In this document: one piece after another, positions 48,230-60,800 of the stretch
How the letters are laid out: each line of letters opens with the position of its first letter
Numbering within the stretch: the stretch's first letter is position 1
NCBI GenBank assembly: GCA_044229145.1
Contig: JBGATO010000011.1
Span: forward strand, 9,519 to 73,518
From: Candidatus Eiseniibacteriota bacterium
Lineage (GTDB): Bacteria > Eisenbacteria > RBG-16-71-46 > CAZEPH01
DNA: 64,000 bases
Direction: 5' to 3'
Notes under the pieces: model-generated
Told to the model about the DNA's origin: nothing
Database searches by the model: none
Seen by the model: only the letters and a program-made list of their open reading frames with translations
Position numbers and translations under genes: made by a program

Positions 48230-48621
48230 ACGAGGTCCTTTCACACAAGGGCGAGGGCGGGGAACCCCCGGTGCCGGAGAAACACGGCGTGTGGAGGAGA
48301 GGAGTGAAGCGATGGTAACGGATGCGGCGGGGCGTTCAAGGGGACGAAGGGGGCAGCGACGATCGTCACGGAGTCGTCCGGCAACCGACGCTTGCCGTCG
48401 ACCTGCGTGGATCGCGCGGGCCGCGGCGCCCCGCGCGCCGGCGCGTCGGTCTGTTGCGGCGGTGGCAGGATGTGAACCCGCGACCGTTGGGGAAAGCAGC
48501 GGCGCGAGGGGCCTTCCGTCGGACGAGATGGGCCGATGTGCGCGCTCTCGAGGAAGCAGTTCCTCGCGGCGCGGTCAGGCAACGGCCCCGCGAAGGCCGG
48601 GTAGCGGGGAAGGTGCCGCGC

Positions 48622-48650
48622 TTGACGCCTCTGCAGGAACCTGCGACATT
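48622..48650 (+). promoter_or_regulatory. Candidate sigma70 promoter for the giant gene
   Basis: TTGACG-N17-GACATT with an extended -10 TG; about 250 nt upstream of ATG 48898. Confidence 0.35.
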
Positions 48651-48897
48651 GGTCGCACTGTCAGCTCTACTGTTCCTGTTCCCCAAGATCCATTGGAGGA
48701 GACGCGAGACCGCCGTCGCGCTCGTGGTCAACCCCTGGGGAACTGCCTCAACACGACTCCCAGACATCGCTTCGCTCCCGCACTCCCCACCGCCCACCAC
48801 GGCGCGGGAGCGGTGGTAACTCGCCGCGATCATTCCACACCGCAGCCTCCATGGTCCTCGCCCGTTTGGGTAGTTCGCACTCCTCAGAGGAGACTCC

Positions 48898-51800
48898 ATG
48901 CGCCCCACGCACTCCCTCCGTGGCCTCCCGGTCCCGCCCGGGCTTCTCGGCGTTCTGCTGTTGGTGCTCGGACTCAGCCCGCGTGCGTTCGCCGCGAGCG
49001 CCGGTGACTACCGAAGCCTCAACACCGGCAATTGGAACAGCCCCGGGACGTGGCAGACGTACGACGGCTCGTCGTGGGTCGCGGCCACCAGCACGCCGAC
49101 GTCCGCCGACGGCGTCATCACAATCCGCAACAACGACAACGTGACGATCTCCGCGGCGGGGCTCACCGTCGATCAGGTCACGGTCAATGGCGGCGGCACG
49201 CTGACGGTCGCCTCCGGCATCACCTGGACCCTCGCAGACGGGGCCGGCACCGACCTCACCATCGCCGGCCTGATGGTGAACGCGGGCGGTACGTGGAGTT
49301 TTGGCACCAACGCCACGTGGCAAGTCGACGATGGCGGGACGTACGTGCACAACACGACCGCCGCGGTCGGCACCCTCCTCGACCGCGCGACGCTTGCCGC
49401 CGCGAGCACATTCATCTACCGCGGATCGAGCACGATTACCCCGCCGGTGAGTCTCGGCAACCGCACCTACGGCAACCTGACCTTCGAGAGCACCGCAGGC
49501 AGCTGGAGCTTCGCGCCCAACGCGAGCTCGCCGGTCACCGCGCTCGGCACCTTCTCGCTCGGCGCGAATGTCACGATGAACTCGCAGATCACGGGGCTCG
49601 TGACCATCGGGGGAAGCTTCACCAACAACGGCACTCTCAACAACCAAGCCGGCACCCAGGCGTTTCTCTTCACCGGCCCCGCCGCGACCATCGGCGGCAC
49701 GAGCGCCACGACCTTCGAACAAGTCCGCATCGCCAGTGGCGCCGTCGTCACCGTCGCATCGGCCGTCACGTTCGACGCGACGGCCGCCGACACCATCGAC
49801 GGCACGCTCGGCGTGACCAACGCGACGCTGACCGTGAGCGCGCCCTCCGTCGTCGTGACCGGCACCTTCCGTCTGGGCGACGGGGGCGTGTACTCCGGCA
49901 CCGCGCTGAATTACGACGGTTCCGCCTCCACACTGGAATTCGCGAACACCGCGGGCGCCTACGCGGTGTCCGGCAAGACCTATTGGCCGACGTCCAACAG
50001 CTCGCGTCCCCGCAACGTGAACGTGTCGGGGACGGGAGGCATCGCGTTGGACGCCACCGCGCGCACCGTGCCCGAGGTGTTCCAGACCGCGGGACCGGTG
50101 ACCAACGCGAGCAAACTCAGCGTCAACGGCACCGCGCAGGTGAACGCCGGCGGTTCGTTCGACGCGGCGCCCACCTTCGGCAACAACAGCACGCTGCTCT
50201 ACAACGCCACAGTCAGCGTGGGACCCGAGTGGAGTGCGGGAACCGTCGCCGGCGTCGGCGTGCCGCAGAACGTCATCGTGCAAGCCGGCACCGTGACGCT
50301 GCCCACGAGCAGTCGCACGTGTCCGGGTGATGTGTCGATTGCGGGCGGCACCCTCAAGATGAACGCGACCGCGGGTGCCGATCTCACGGTCGGTGGCAAC
50401 TGGACGCTGACCTCGGGCGGCTTCACGCCGAACGGTCGCACCGTGCTGTTCAGCGGAGCCGCGCCGCAGACGCTCAGCGGCGCGACGACGTTCAACGGGT
50501 TCACGGTATCGAGCGGCGCCGACGTGGTGGTGACGGCTCCGGTGACCCTGGCGGCGGGATTCACCGCGACGGTGGACGGCGCGCTGGAACTCGGCGCGGC
50601 GCTCACCGCGTCCTCCACCCTGCGCGTCAACGGGTCCCTGCAACTGAACGCCGGTGGCTCGATCGACACCGCGCCGTTGTACGGCGCAAGTGCGGCGCTG
50701 CGCTACAACACCACGATAAACGTCGGCGTGGAATGGGGAGCGGGCACCGTACCGGGCGCCGGAGTCCCGAAAACTGTCAGCGTGTTGAGCGGCACCGTCA
50801 GCATGCCCGCCGGCGACCGCACCTGCCCCGGCGATTTCACGCTCAGTGGCGGCGAGTTCGCTCTGAGCACCTCCAATGGACGAGACCTGAGCGTCGGCGG
50901 CAATTGGACGCTCACAGGAGGGATCTTCTCGCCCAACGGACGCACGGTCTTCTTCAACGGGACGACACCGCAGACGCTCTCCGGGACCACATTCTTCGGC
51001 GGGCTCGTCATCGCGAGCGGGGCGAATCTCACGATCCTCTCCATCGCGGGGGCCGACACGGGTCCCACGGTGGACGGAACCCTGCAACTCGGTGCGACCT
51101 TCACGAGTTCGCAGAACGGGCAAGTGAACGGGACCCTTCAACTCAACGCGGGCGGGCACTTTTACGCATCGGGGAATCATACCGTTCTCTACGGCCCCGC
51201 ATCATTGCTGGTCTACACCGCCAGCCTGACCCCGAGCGATGAATGGTGGGCAGCGTCGACACCGCAGGCGGTCGTCGTGCAATCCGGGACCATCACTTTG
51301 TCGGCCGGTGGTTCGTATTCGATCGCCGGCGACCTCACGCTGAGCGGGGGAAACCTGACGTCCAGCCTGGCGTCGTCCCAGCGGGTGAAACTGTCGCTGG
51401 GCGGCGATTGGGCACTGAGCGGGGGAAGCTTCACGCCCACCGGCGTGAACGTGGACTTCAACGGCACGTCACCGCAACTGCTCGCGGGCGCGACGAGTTT
51501 CGAGACATTTTCCATCGCCTCCGGCGCGAACGTGAGCTTCACGTCACCCGTCACCATCGTCGCTGGAACGACCGACACATCGTCCGTGGCGAGCGGCGGG
51601 ACGCTCCAGTTGAGCGCGGCGCTGACCACCGGCGGCGCGCCGCTCGCGGTCAACGGCGCCTTGCAATGGAATGCCGGCGCCTCGCTCGACGCGGCGCCGC
51701 GATACGGTTCTACCTCGGAGCTACGCTACAACACGACCAGAACGGTCGGAACGGAGTGGGGAGCCGGAGCGGCGGTCGGCGTTGGGGTGCCCGGGGCGGT

Positions 51801-54800
51801 CACCGTCTTGAGTGGCACGATCACGATGCCCTCGGCCGATCGCACCTGCGGCGGCGACCTCACCCTCAGCGGCGGCACGCTCGCGCTGGGCACCGGCAAC
51901 GGTAACGACCTCAGTGTCGGCGGTAACTGGACGCGGAACGGGGGGACCTTCACGCCCAACTCGCGCACCGTGTTTTTCAATGGCAAGACGGTGCAAACCC
52001 TCACCGGCGCCACCACGTTCTCTAGCATCACCGTTTCCTCGGGTGCGGATCTCAGCCTGACGTCCGCGGTGACGCTGACCTCGGGGGCGACGGTGAACGG
52101 CACACTCGAACTGGGCGCTGCGCTGACCGTGAGTTCCACCCTGCTGGTGCCGGGGACGCTCCAGTACAACGCTGGCGGGTCGGTCAGCGTGGTGCCGACT
52201 TTCTCGGGGTCCGCGACACTCGTCTACAACACGACCCAGGCGGTAGGCCCCGAGTGGGGGAGCGGCTCGGTGGTGGGATCGGGCGTGCCGAAGAACGTGA
52301 CTGTGGCGGCGGGCGGCATCGTCACCATGCCGACGACGGCGCGGACGTGTGGCGGCAACCTCACCATCGACGGCGGCACGCTGACGCTGAGCACGACGGC
52401 CGGCGCCGATTTGACCGTCGGAGGCAATTGGCTGCACTCGAGCGGCACGTTCACGCACAACAGTCGGATGGTGACATTCAACGGCACCGGGACACAAACC
52501 GTGACCGGTCCGACCACCGAGACGTTTAGCGTCCTCGGCGTGAACAAGCCGAGCGGCGCGCTGACCCTGGGCAGCAACGTCACCGTCACGAAGGCCTCGG
52601 GGGATGCGATCGTGTTGTCGAACGCCGGCACGGTGGATCTCGGGGGCTTCACGCTGCTGCTCAAGGGAGTTTACGCCAACATCGACGTCATCGGCGGCGT
52701 GCGGACGATCGGCGGCACCGGCACGTTGCTCGGCGGCGGCGGTGCCGCTCCCTGGGGCGTCGTGGCGTCGTCCGGCGGCTCGCTGACGACCGGGCCCGGC
52801 GTGACCATCACCGCCAACTTGTTCGACCCCGGTCCCGGATTGACGACCATTCAAGGCACGCTGTCGATGGGGACGGGGGACGGACAATCCGGCGTGTGGA
52901 ACAACGCGCCGATCTTCACGGCCGGGTCGACGCTGCAGTACGTCGGGCAGGGGTTCCGCGACATCGAGTGGAGCGCGACGTCAGGCGCAGGCTATCCCGC
53001 GAACGTCCGCATCTCGAGGTCGTTGGATGTGGGATTCAACGGGAAGTCCAACGTCCCCTTGCAGTGCGCCGGCGACCTCACGGTGGATGCGGACCATGCG
53101 CTGAATCTCGACAAGACCGACATGACGCAGCCGCTCGTCGTCGGCGGCAATCTATTCTTGAACGGCATTCTGTCGCTCTCCGATCTCGCGGGGGGCGATT
53201 TCACGCTCCGCGGCGACTGGAACCAGAGCGCCACGGGAACGTTCACGCCGAAGGGCCGCACCGTCAGCTTGCTCGGCACGTCCCCGCAGGCGATCGGCGG
53301 CGTGACGGCGTTCGACGGCCTCACGCTCGACAACGCAGGCGGGGCCGTGTTTGCCAACGACGTCACCGTGAACAAGACGCTGACGCTGACCGCGGGTGTC
53401 CTCACGGCCGGGACACACGCCGTGATCGTCGGGTCCGCCGGATCGGTCGCGCGCACTGCCGGCTACGTCAATGGTCTTCTGCGCAAGAGCGTGCCGACAT
53501 CCTCGGGTGTCCTCTCCCGCACATTCGAAATCGGCGATGCGGACCGCTATGCGCCGCTCACGCTCGCGTTCTCCAAGGTGACCGTGGCCGGCACCGTCAC
53601 CGCGGCGTCGCTGCGGGACGATCACCCCAATCTCGGCTCCTCCACCTTGCAACCGACGAAGACGGCGAATCGCCACTGGACCGTCGCCAACAGCGGTGTC
53701 GTGTTCCCGACGTACGACGCCACGGTGACCTTCGATCCGGCGGATGTCGATGCCGGCGCCGATCCCAGCGTCTTCCATCTCGAAGCGTTCACGCCCCCCT
53801 CGACGTGGTCGCCGCCCGCCGCTGGCACGCGGACCGCCACCAGCACGCAGGGCGTCGGCTTCACGCAACTCGGCGACTTGGCCACCGGCGAAGCCACCTG
53901 GGCGATCACCGCGACCGCCAGCACCAACGGCACGATCTCTCCGCCCGGCGTGACCGTCGTGCCCCAGGGCGGCAGCCAGACGTACAGCTTCACCCCCGAC
54001 CCGGGCTATCACGTCTCCGGCATCTATGTCGACGGTGTGCAGGTCGTCGGCTACCTCGGCATCGCGAGCTACACCCTCACCAACGTCTCCGCGGATCACA
54101 CCGTGACCGCGACATTCACCGCCGGCCAGCTCGCCTACCGCAGCGTCGCCTCAGGGAATTGGGATCTGCCCAGCACGTGGGAGAGCAGCGGCGACGGGAC
54201 GACATGGAAGCCGGCGATCGCGCCCCCCGACGCCGGCGACGAGGCGATCCAAGTCCGCGCCCCACACGCCGTCACCATCGCCACCTCGACGATCGCCGAT
54301 CAACTGACCGTCGAGAGCGGCGCGCAACTCACCATCGGCGCCGGCGTGGTCCTGACGATCGCCAATGGTGACGGCACCGATCTCACGGTCGCCGGCACGC
54401 TGGCCAACTCCGGCGCGCTGATTTTCGCGGCTCCCGCCGCACGGCCTAGCGCACGGCCCGCCGTCTCCGGCACGAACTGGATGTTGGCCGCCGGCGGCAT
54501 CTACATCCACAACACGACCGACGCCGTCTCGCCGGTGCTCGACGCGGGCACGATCTCGACGGCGAGCACGGTGACGTATCGCGGCTCCAGCACGCTGACG
54601 CCGCCGGTGTCCACCGACGGGCGGACCTACGGCTCGTTGACCTTCGAGAGCAGCGATGGCGGCGCGTGGCTGGCCAGCGCCGGCGGAGCGGGGGATCTCA
54701 CGATCGCCGGCGACTTCGTGCTTGGTCCGGGCGTCACGTTCAGCACGTCGCAGACGGGCACCATGACGTTCGCCGGAAACTTCACCTTCGATGAGGCGAT

Positions 54801-57800
54801 GGTCTTGGGCGCCGGGACGCAGCGCTGCGTGTTCACGGGAGTCGGCAAATCGATCGTCAACACCAGTGCCTATCTGCACGTGGCGGAGTTCGAAGCGTTC
54901 ACGGTGGCCGCGGGCGCGAGTCTGAGGGCATACGAGTTGACGCTCGACGCCACATTCCCCGACACCGTGGACGGCACTCTGACGCTCGACCAAGGAATCC
55001 TCAAGGCAAACTCCACGCTGCACGTGAATGGAACCTATACGGCAATTGCCGGCGCGGTCCAGGGATTGCCCTTGCAGTATGGCCCCAACGGGACGCTGGA
55101 GATCCAGCTCAGCGGCGGCACGATCGACGACACGAGCCTGCTGTGGCCGGCCAGCGGCGGCCCGGCCAACGTGACCATCGCTGCCAGTACACAAGTGAAC
55201 TCGCCCCGCACCGTGCCTGGCGTCCTGCAAATCTCGGCGAATTTCGATGCCGGGAAGCTCACCGTGCCGGGTATCACGCAGATCAACCCGGGCGGCAGCG
55301 CCACCAACGCCCCGACCTATACGAGCACCTCCACGCTGATCTATCTCAGAGGGATATCGAATGGCGCGGAATGGGGCAGTGGCTCGACGATCGGGAAGGG
55401 CGTGCCGAACAACGTGATCGTCCAGGCAGGTAACGGCACCGTGAGCCTTCCGCAGACCGATCACACCTGCGGCGGCGATCTGACCTTGATCTCGGGGACG
55501 CTGCGATTGAATGGCTCCCCGGCCAAGACTCTGTTCGCCAAAGGCAACTGGACCGCAGCCGGCGGAGTGTTTGACGCCAACGGCCAGAAGGTCGCCTTCA
55601 CGGGCGCCGCGCGTCAATCGCTCGTCGGCCCGACTTCATTTTACGACCTGCAACTCAACAACGCCTCCGGTCTGGCGATCGCCGATGACATCACGATCAC
55701 CAAATCGCTGACCCTCACGAGCGGCGCGCTGGTTACCGGCGACGACAAAGTCGTTCTCGACTCCACCGCGACCGTGTCGCGCACCGGCGGCCAGGTGGCC
55801 GGCACGATGGCCAAGCGGCTCAAGACGAGCGCCGGCACGACATCGTGGACGTTCGCGATCGGTGACTCGCTGCGCTACGCGCCGGTGACGGTCGACTTCC
55901 CTTCGGGCATCACCGCTCCCGGCACCCTCACGGCCACGACCATGCCGGGCGACCACCCGTCGCTCGGTGGTTCGCGCCTGATCGCCGACAAGACCGCGAA
56001 CCGGTATTGGTCGGTGAGTAACGCCGGCCTCGGTTTCCCGACCTACAACGCGACCTTCACCTTCGATCCTGCCGACCTTGACGCCGGCGCCAACACCGCC
56101 AACTTCAAGGTCGCGAAATTCGACGCGCCCGCGACCTGGACCTTGCCCGTGGTGGGCTCGCGCACCGCGACCAGCACGCAGGCCACCGGCATGACCTCGT
56201 TCAGCGATTTCGAAGCCGGCGAGGTGCCGTCGCACACGATCACCGCGAGCACCAACGGCGGCGGCACCATCACACCCAAAGGCGCCGTCTCCGTGTTGGA
56301 CGGCGACTCGAAAACCTTCACCTTGGCGCCTTCTGGTGGACACCACCTCGCCGATGTGGCGGTCGACGGCGCGAGCGTCGGCGCGACGACCAGCTACACC
56401 TTCGTGAACGTCACATCCGACCACAGTATCAGCGCGACGTTCGACGCGACGAATTACCGCAGCCTCGCCAGCGGCGTGTGGAGCAGTGCGAGCACGTGGG
56501 AGCAGTTCGACGGGACGACATGGAGCCCGGCGATCACGCCTCCCGACAGCTCCGTGGGGACGATCGTCATTCGCAGCCCGCACGTGGTGACCAACACAAC
56601 CTCGATCTACGTCGACCAGGTGACCATCGACGCCGGAGCGCAGGTGACCACGACGAGCGGATTCTTGGTGGTGGATGGTCCCGGCACCGACCTCGTAGTC
56701 GATGGCACGCTCCTGAATCAGTGGAATGTGACGCCTCAAGGCACCGCTACCTGTGCGGTCCACGACGGCGCCTCGGTGATCATCAACACCAATGCCGGAT
56801 CGAGTTCCTTCCTCAACGCCACGACGTTGTCGGCGGGAAGCACGTTCATCTATCGCGGGTCGATCTCCGCCAGTTCGGGCCCCGAGCTCAGCAACCGCAC
56901 GTATGGGAACCTGATCCTCGAATGGCCGGACGGGTACGGGACGTGGTTCGTCACCGGGGCAGGGCCTCTGACCGTGGCGGGCGACTTCACCATCTCGCCG
57001 AACGTCACCCTCAGCACGTCACAGACCGGCGTGATGACTTTCGCGGGAAACATGACTCTCAACGGCACGCTGACCAACGGCACGGGGACGCAGATCTACA
57101 AGTTCACCGGGGCCGGCAAGACGATCGGTGGCAGTGTCGCGGCGAACTTCGAGCGCTTTCTGGTGCCCAGTGGCGCCAGCATCACCATTGCCACCCCGAC
57201 GACCCTGGCGTCCTCTTTCGCCGACACGATCGACGGGACGCTCGGCGTCAGCGGCGTGGCCCTCACCTCCAACGGTTCGCTGACGGTCAACGGAACGTTC
57301 CGGCTCGAGCAAGGCGCAACGGTCAGCGGGAGCGCGTTCACCTACGGTCCCGCGAGCACGCTGCTGTTCGCGAATGCCTCCGGCGCCTTCGCGGTGACGT
57401 CGGCCTCGCCGTTCTGGCCGAGCGTGTCGGGACCCCCGAACGTGAACGTGGCGGGCGCGGGGGGCATCAACCTCGGCGCGGCGCGCACGGTGAGCGGACT
57501 GTGTCAGGTCGCGGCGCCGGTGAGCACGGCGAACAACCTGACGAGTACTGGCACCGTGCAGCTCAACGCCGGGGCGACCTTCGACGCCGCGCCGACGTAC
57601 GCCGGCACCGCCACCTTGCTCTACAATGCCGGGTTGCCCGTCGGTCCCGAATGGGGGAGCGGGACGGCGCTGGGCGTGGGCGTTCCGCGTCAGGTGACCG
57701 TGCAGGCCGGTGGCGGATCGGTGATGTTGCCGAACGCGGACCGCACCTGCCCCGGTGACCTCGTGTTGGCCAGCGGCGAGTTGCAGGGCGCGTCGGGCCG

Positions 57801-60800
57801 CACCCTCAGCGTCGGCGGCAACTGGACGAGCAGTGGTGGCACGTTCACCCCGAACGGCGGCACCGTCGCCTTCACCGGCGCCACACCGCAGACGATGTCG
57901 GGCACGACGACGTTCGACTTCGTGACGCTCGCCAATGCCTCCGGCTTGACGCCGCTCAACGACTTCACCGTGAATCGTACGCTCACCCTGACCCAGGGGC
58001 TACTCAACGTGGAGGCGCACACGTTGACGGTCGGCGCAACGGGGGATATCTCGCGCGGCACCGGCTACGTCAACGGCGCCCTGCGCGTGAACCTTCCCGC
58101 GGGGCCCGTGAGCCGGCTCTTCGCCATCGGCGACGCATCGCACTACGCGGGCGTGCAGCTCGATGTCGCGAACGTGACGACACCCGGCTCGGTGACCGCG
58201 ACCACGACGGCCGGCGATCACCCGGCAATCGGCTCCTCGCCACTCGCGCCGCAGAACACCGCGAATCGCTACTGGACGCTGACCAACTCCGGCACCGGCT
58301 TCACGACCTACGACGCGACATTCACGTTCAGCCCATCGGATCTCGATCCGCTGACCGTTCCCTCCACCTTCCGGGTCGCGCAGTTCAACGCGCCGTCCAC
58401 GTGGACGCTTGACCCACCAGGCGTGCGCACGGCGACCAGCACCCAAGCGCTCGGCATGAGCGAGTTCGGCGACTTCGCCGTCGGTAATGACTCCATGGCC
58501 GTCGGCGGACAGTTCACGGTCACAGCATCGGCCGGGGCGCACGGAAGCATCTCGCCCGCCGGTGTCACGACGCTCGCGTTCGGCGCGTTGCAGACCTACA
58601 CGATGCTGCCCGACTCGCTCTATCGCGTCCTCGACGTGCACGTGGACGGCGTGAGCGTCGGCGCAGTGACGACGTATACCTTCGCGAACGTCGCCGAGAG
58701 CCATACGATCGACGCAGCCTTCGCACTGACGACCTACACGATCACCGCAACCGCAGGTGCGAACGGCAGCATCACGCCGTCGGGCGTGACGGTGGTGAAT
58801 CACGGCGACAGCCTCACGTACGCGATGACACCGGCGGATCACTATCATGTCGCCGATGTCCTCGTGGACAACGTGAGCGTCGGAGCGGTAGGCACCTACT
58901 CGTTCGTGGACGTGACGGCAGATCACACCATCGCCGTCTCCTTCGCGCTCGACAGCTACACGATCACGGCGACGGCCGGGCCGAATGGCACGATCACGCC
59001 GTCCGGCACCATCGTTCTCGGATACGGCGCGACTCAAGTCTTCACGATGGCGGGCAGCGGCGCCTACAAGGTCGCCGACGTGCAAGTCGATGGGGCGAGC
59101 GTAGGGGCCGTCACGTCGTACACGTTCACGAACGTGACCGCGAATCACACCATCGCCGCGACGTTCGCCCTTGGACCCTTCATGTACCGGAGCGCGGCGA
59201 GCGGCAACTGGAACGCGCCGTCGACCTGGCAATTCTTCAACGGAACCGACTGGGTTCTCTCGCTCGCCAATACGCCGACGTCCGCCGACTCGCTCGTCAC
59301 CGTGCGCAGTCCGCATGTGGTGACAGTCTCGGCTCCGGTCACCATCGATCAGACGACGGTGGATGCGGGCGCACAGCTCACGGTGGCGAGTGGCCAGACC
59401 TTGACTCTCGCCAACGGAGCCGAGGCCACCGACCTGACGCTCAACGGCACCATCCTGGTGCAGGGGACGTTCACTCCCAATACGTCCTCGGCGTGGGTGC
59501 TCAACGACGGCGCGACCTATATCCAGAACACGACGTCGACGATGGGGACCGTACTCGACAAGGGGACGCTGCAGCCGAATAGCAACTTCCTGTACCGCGG
59601 GTCGAGCACACTGAGTCCCAACACGGCCACCAACAACCGCACCTACGGCAACTTGTCCTTCGAGAGCACTTCGGGATCGTGGACGGCGGTGCCGAGCGGT
59701 TCGGGAACGCTCACCATTGCGGGCGACTTCGTCCTCGGTTCGAATGTGAACTTCAATCCGACGCAGACCGGCGTGATGACATTCGGGGGCAATTTCACGA
59801 ACAACGGCACCATCACGAATGGCTCCGGCGTGCAGAAGTACACCTTCAGCGGCGCCGGCAAGACGCTCGGCGGCTCCAGCGCGACGTCGGTCGAGCGATT
59901 CGCGGTCTCGAGTGGCGCGAGCCTCACCGTCGTGGCGCCCCTGACGCTCGCGTCGTCGACTGCCACCGTGACCGGAACTCTCGGCGTCAGCAACACGACG
60001 CTCACCGCGACGGTCGGGCCGGTGATCGACGGCACGTTCCGCCTCGATCAGGGCGGGGTCGTCGCCGGAACTGCATTCACCTACGGCGCGGCGGGCACGC
60101 TGATCTATGGCAATACCACGGGGAGCTACAGCGTGTCGGCGGCCACCGTGGAGTGGCCCGTCGCCAGTCCGCCCTTCAACGTGTGGGTGAGCGGTGCGGG
60201 TGGCGTCACGCTGTCGAGCGCGCGCACCGTGGCCGGCACCTTCGAGACGGCGGGGCCGATTCTGGGGGCGTCGCTTCTCACGATCGGCGGTACGGCGCAA
60301 TTCGACGCCGGCGGCAGTGCCGACTCGGCGCCTGTGTATGGGAGCGGCGCCACGTTGCTCTATGCCGGCGCTCTGGCAGTGGGGCCGGAGTGGAGCGCCG
60401 GCGACGCGACCGGCGTGGGCGTTCCGCATCACGTCACGATTCACGCTGGAACGGGAACCGTGACCCTGCCCGCCGAGGAACGGTCGTGTCCCGGCACCCT
60501 CACGCTCACCAGCGGAACGCTGGCGATGAACGGCGCCGCAAGCGCCCTCAATGTGGGCGGAGACTGGATCGCGAACGGCGGCGCGTTCGCCGCCAATAGT
60601 GGACTCGTGTCCTTCAACGGGACGGCGCCTCAGAATCTGACCGGCGCGACGAGCTTCGACTTCGCCACCCTTGCAAACGCAGCAGGCTTGACGCTCGCGG
60701 ATGACATCACCGTCAACCGCACACTCACGCTCACCGCGGGGCTCTTGTCCACTGGCGCGCACGCGGTCACGCTCGGCGCGGCGGGGGATGTCACGCGGAC

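Noticed and set aside
48574..48618. c-di-GMP-I riboswitch-like words (GGCAA...GGTAGCGGGG...TGCC)
   Set aside because: Lacks the GCAAA junction and the 5' strand of the second stem; too short for the aptamer. An Rfam scan would settle it.
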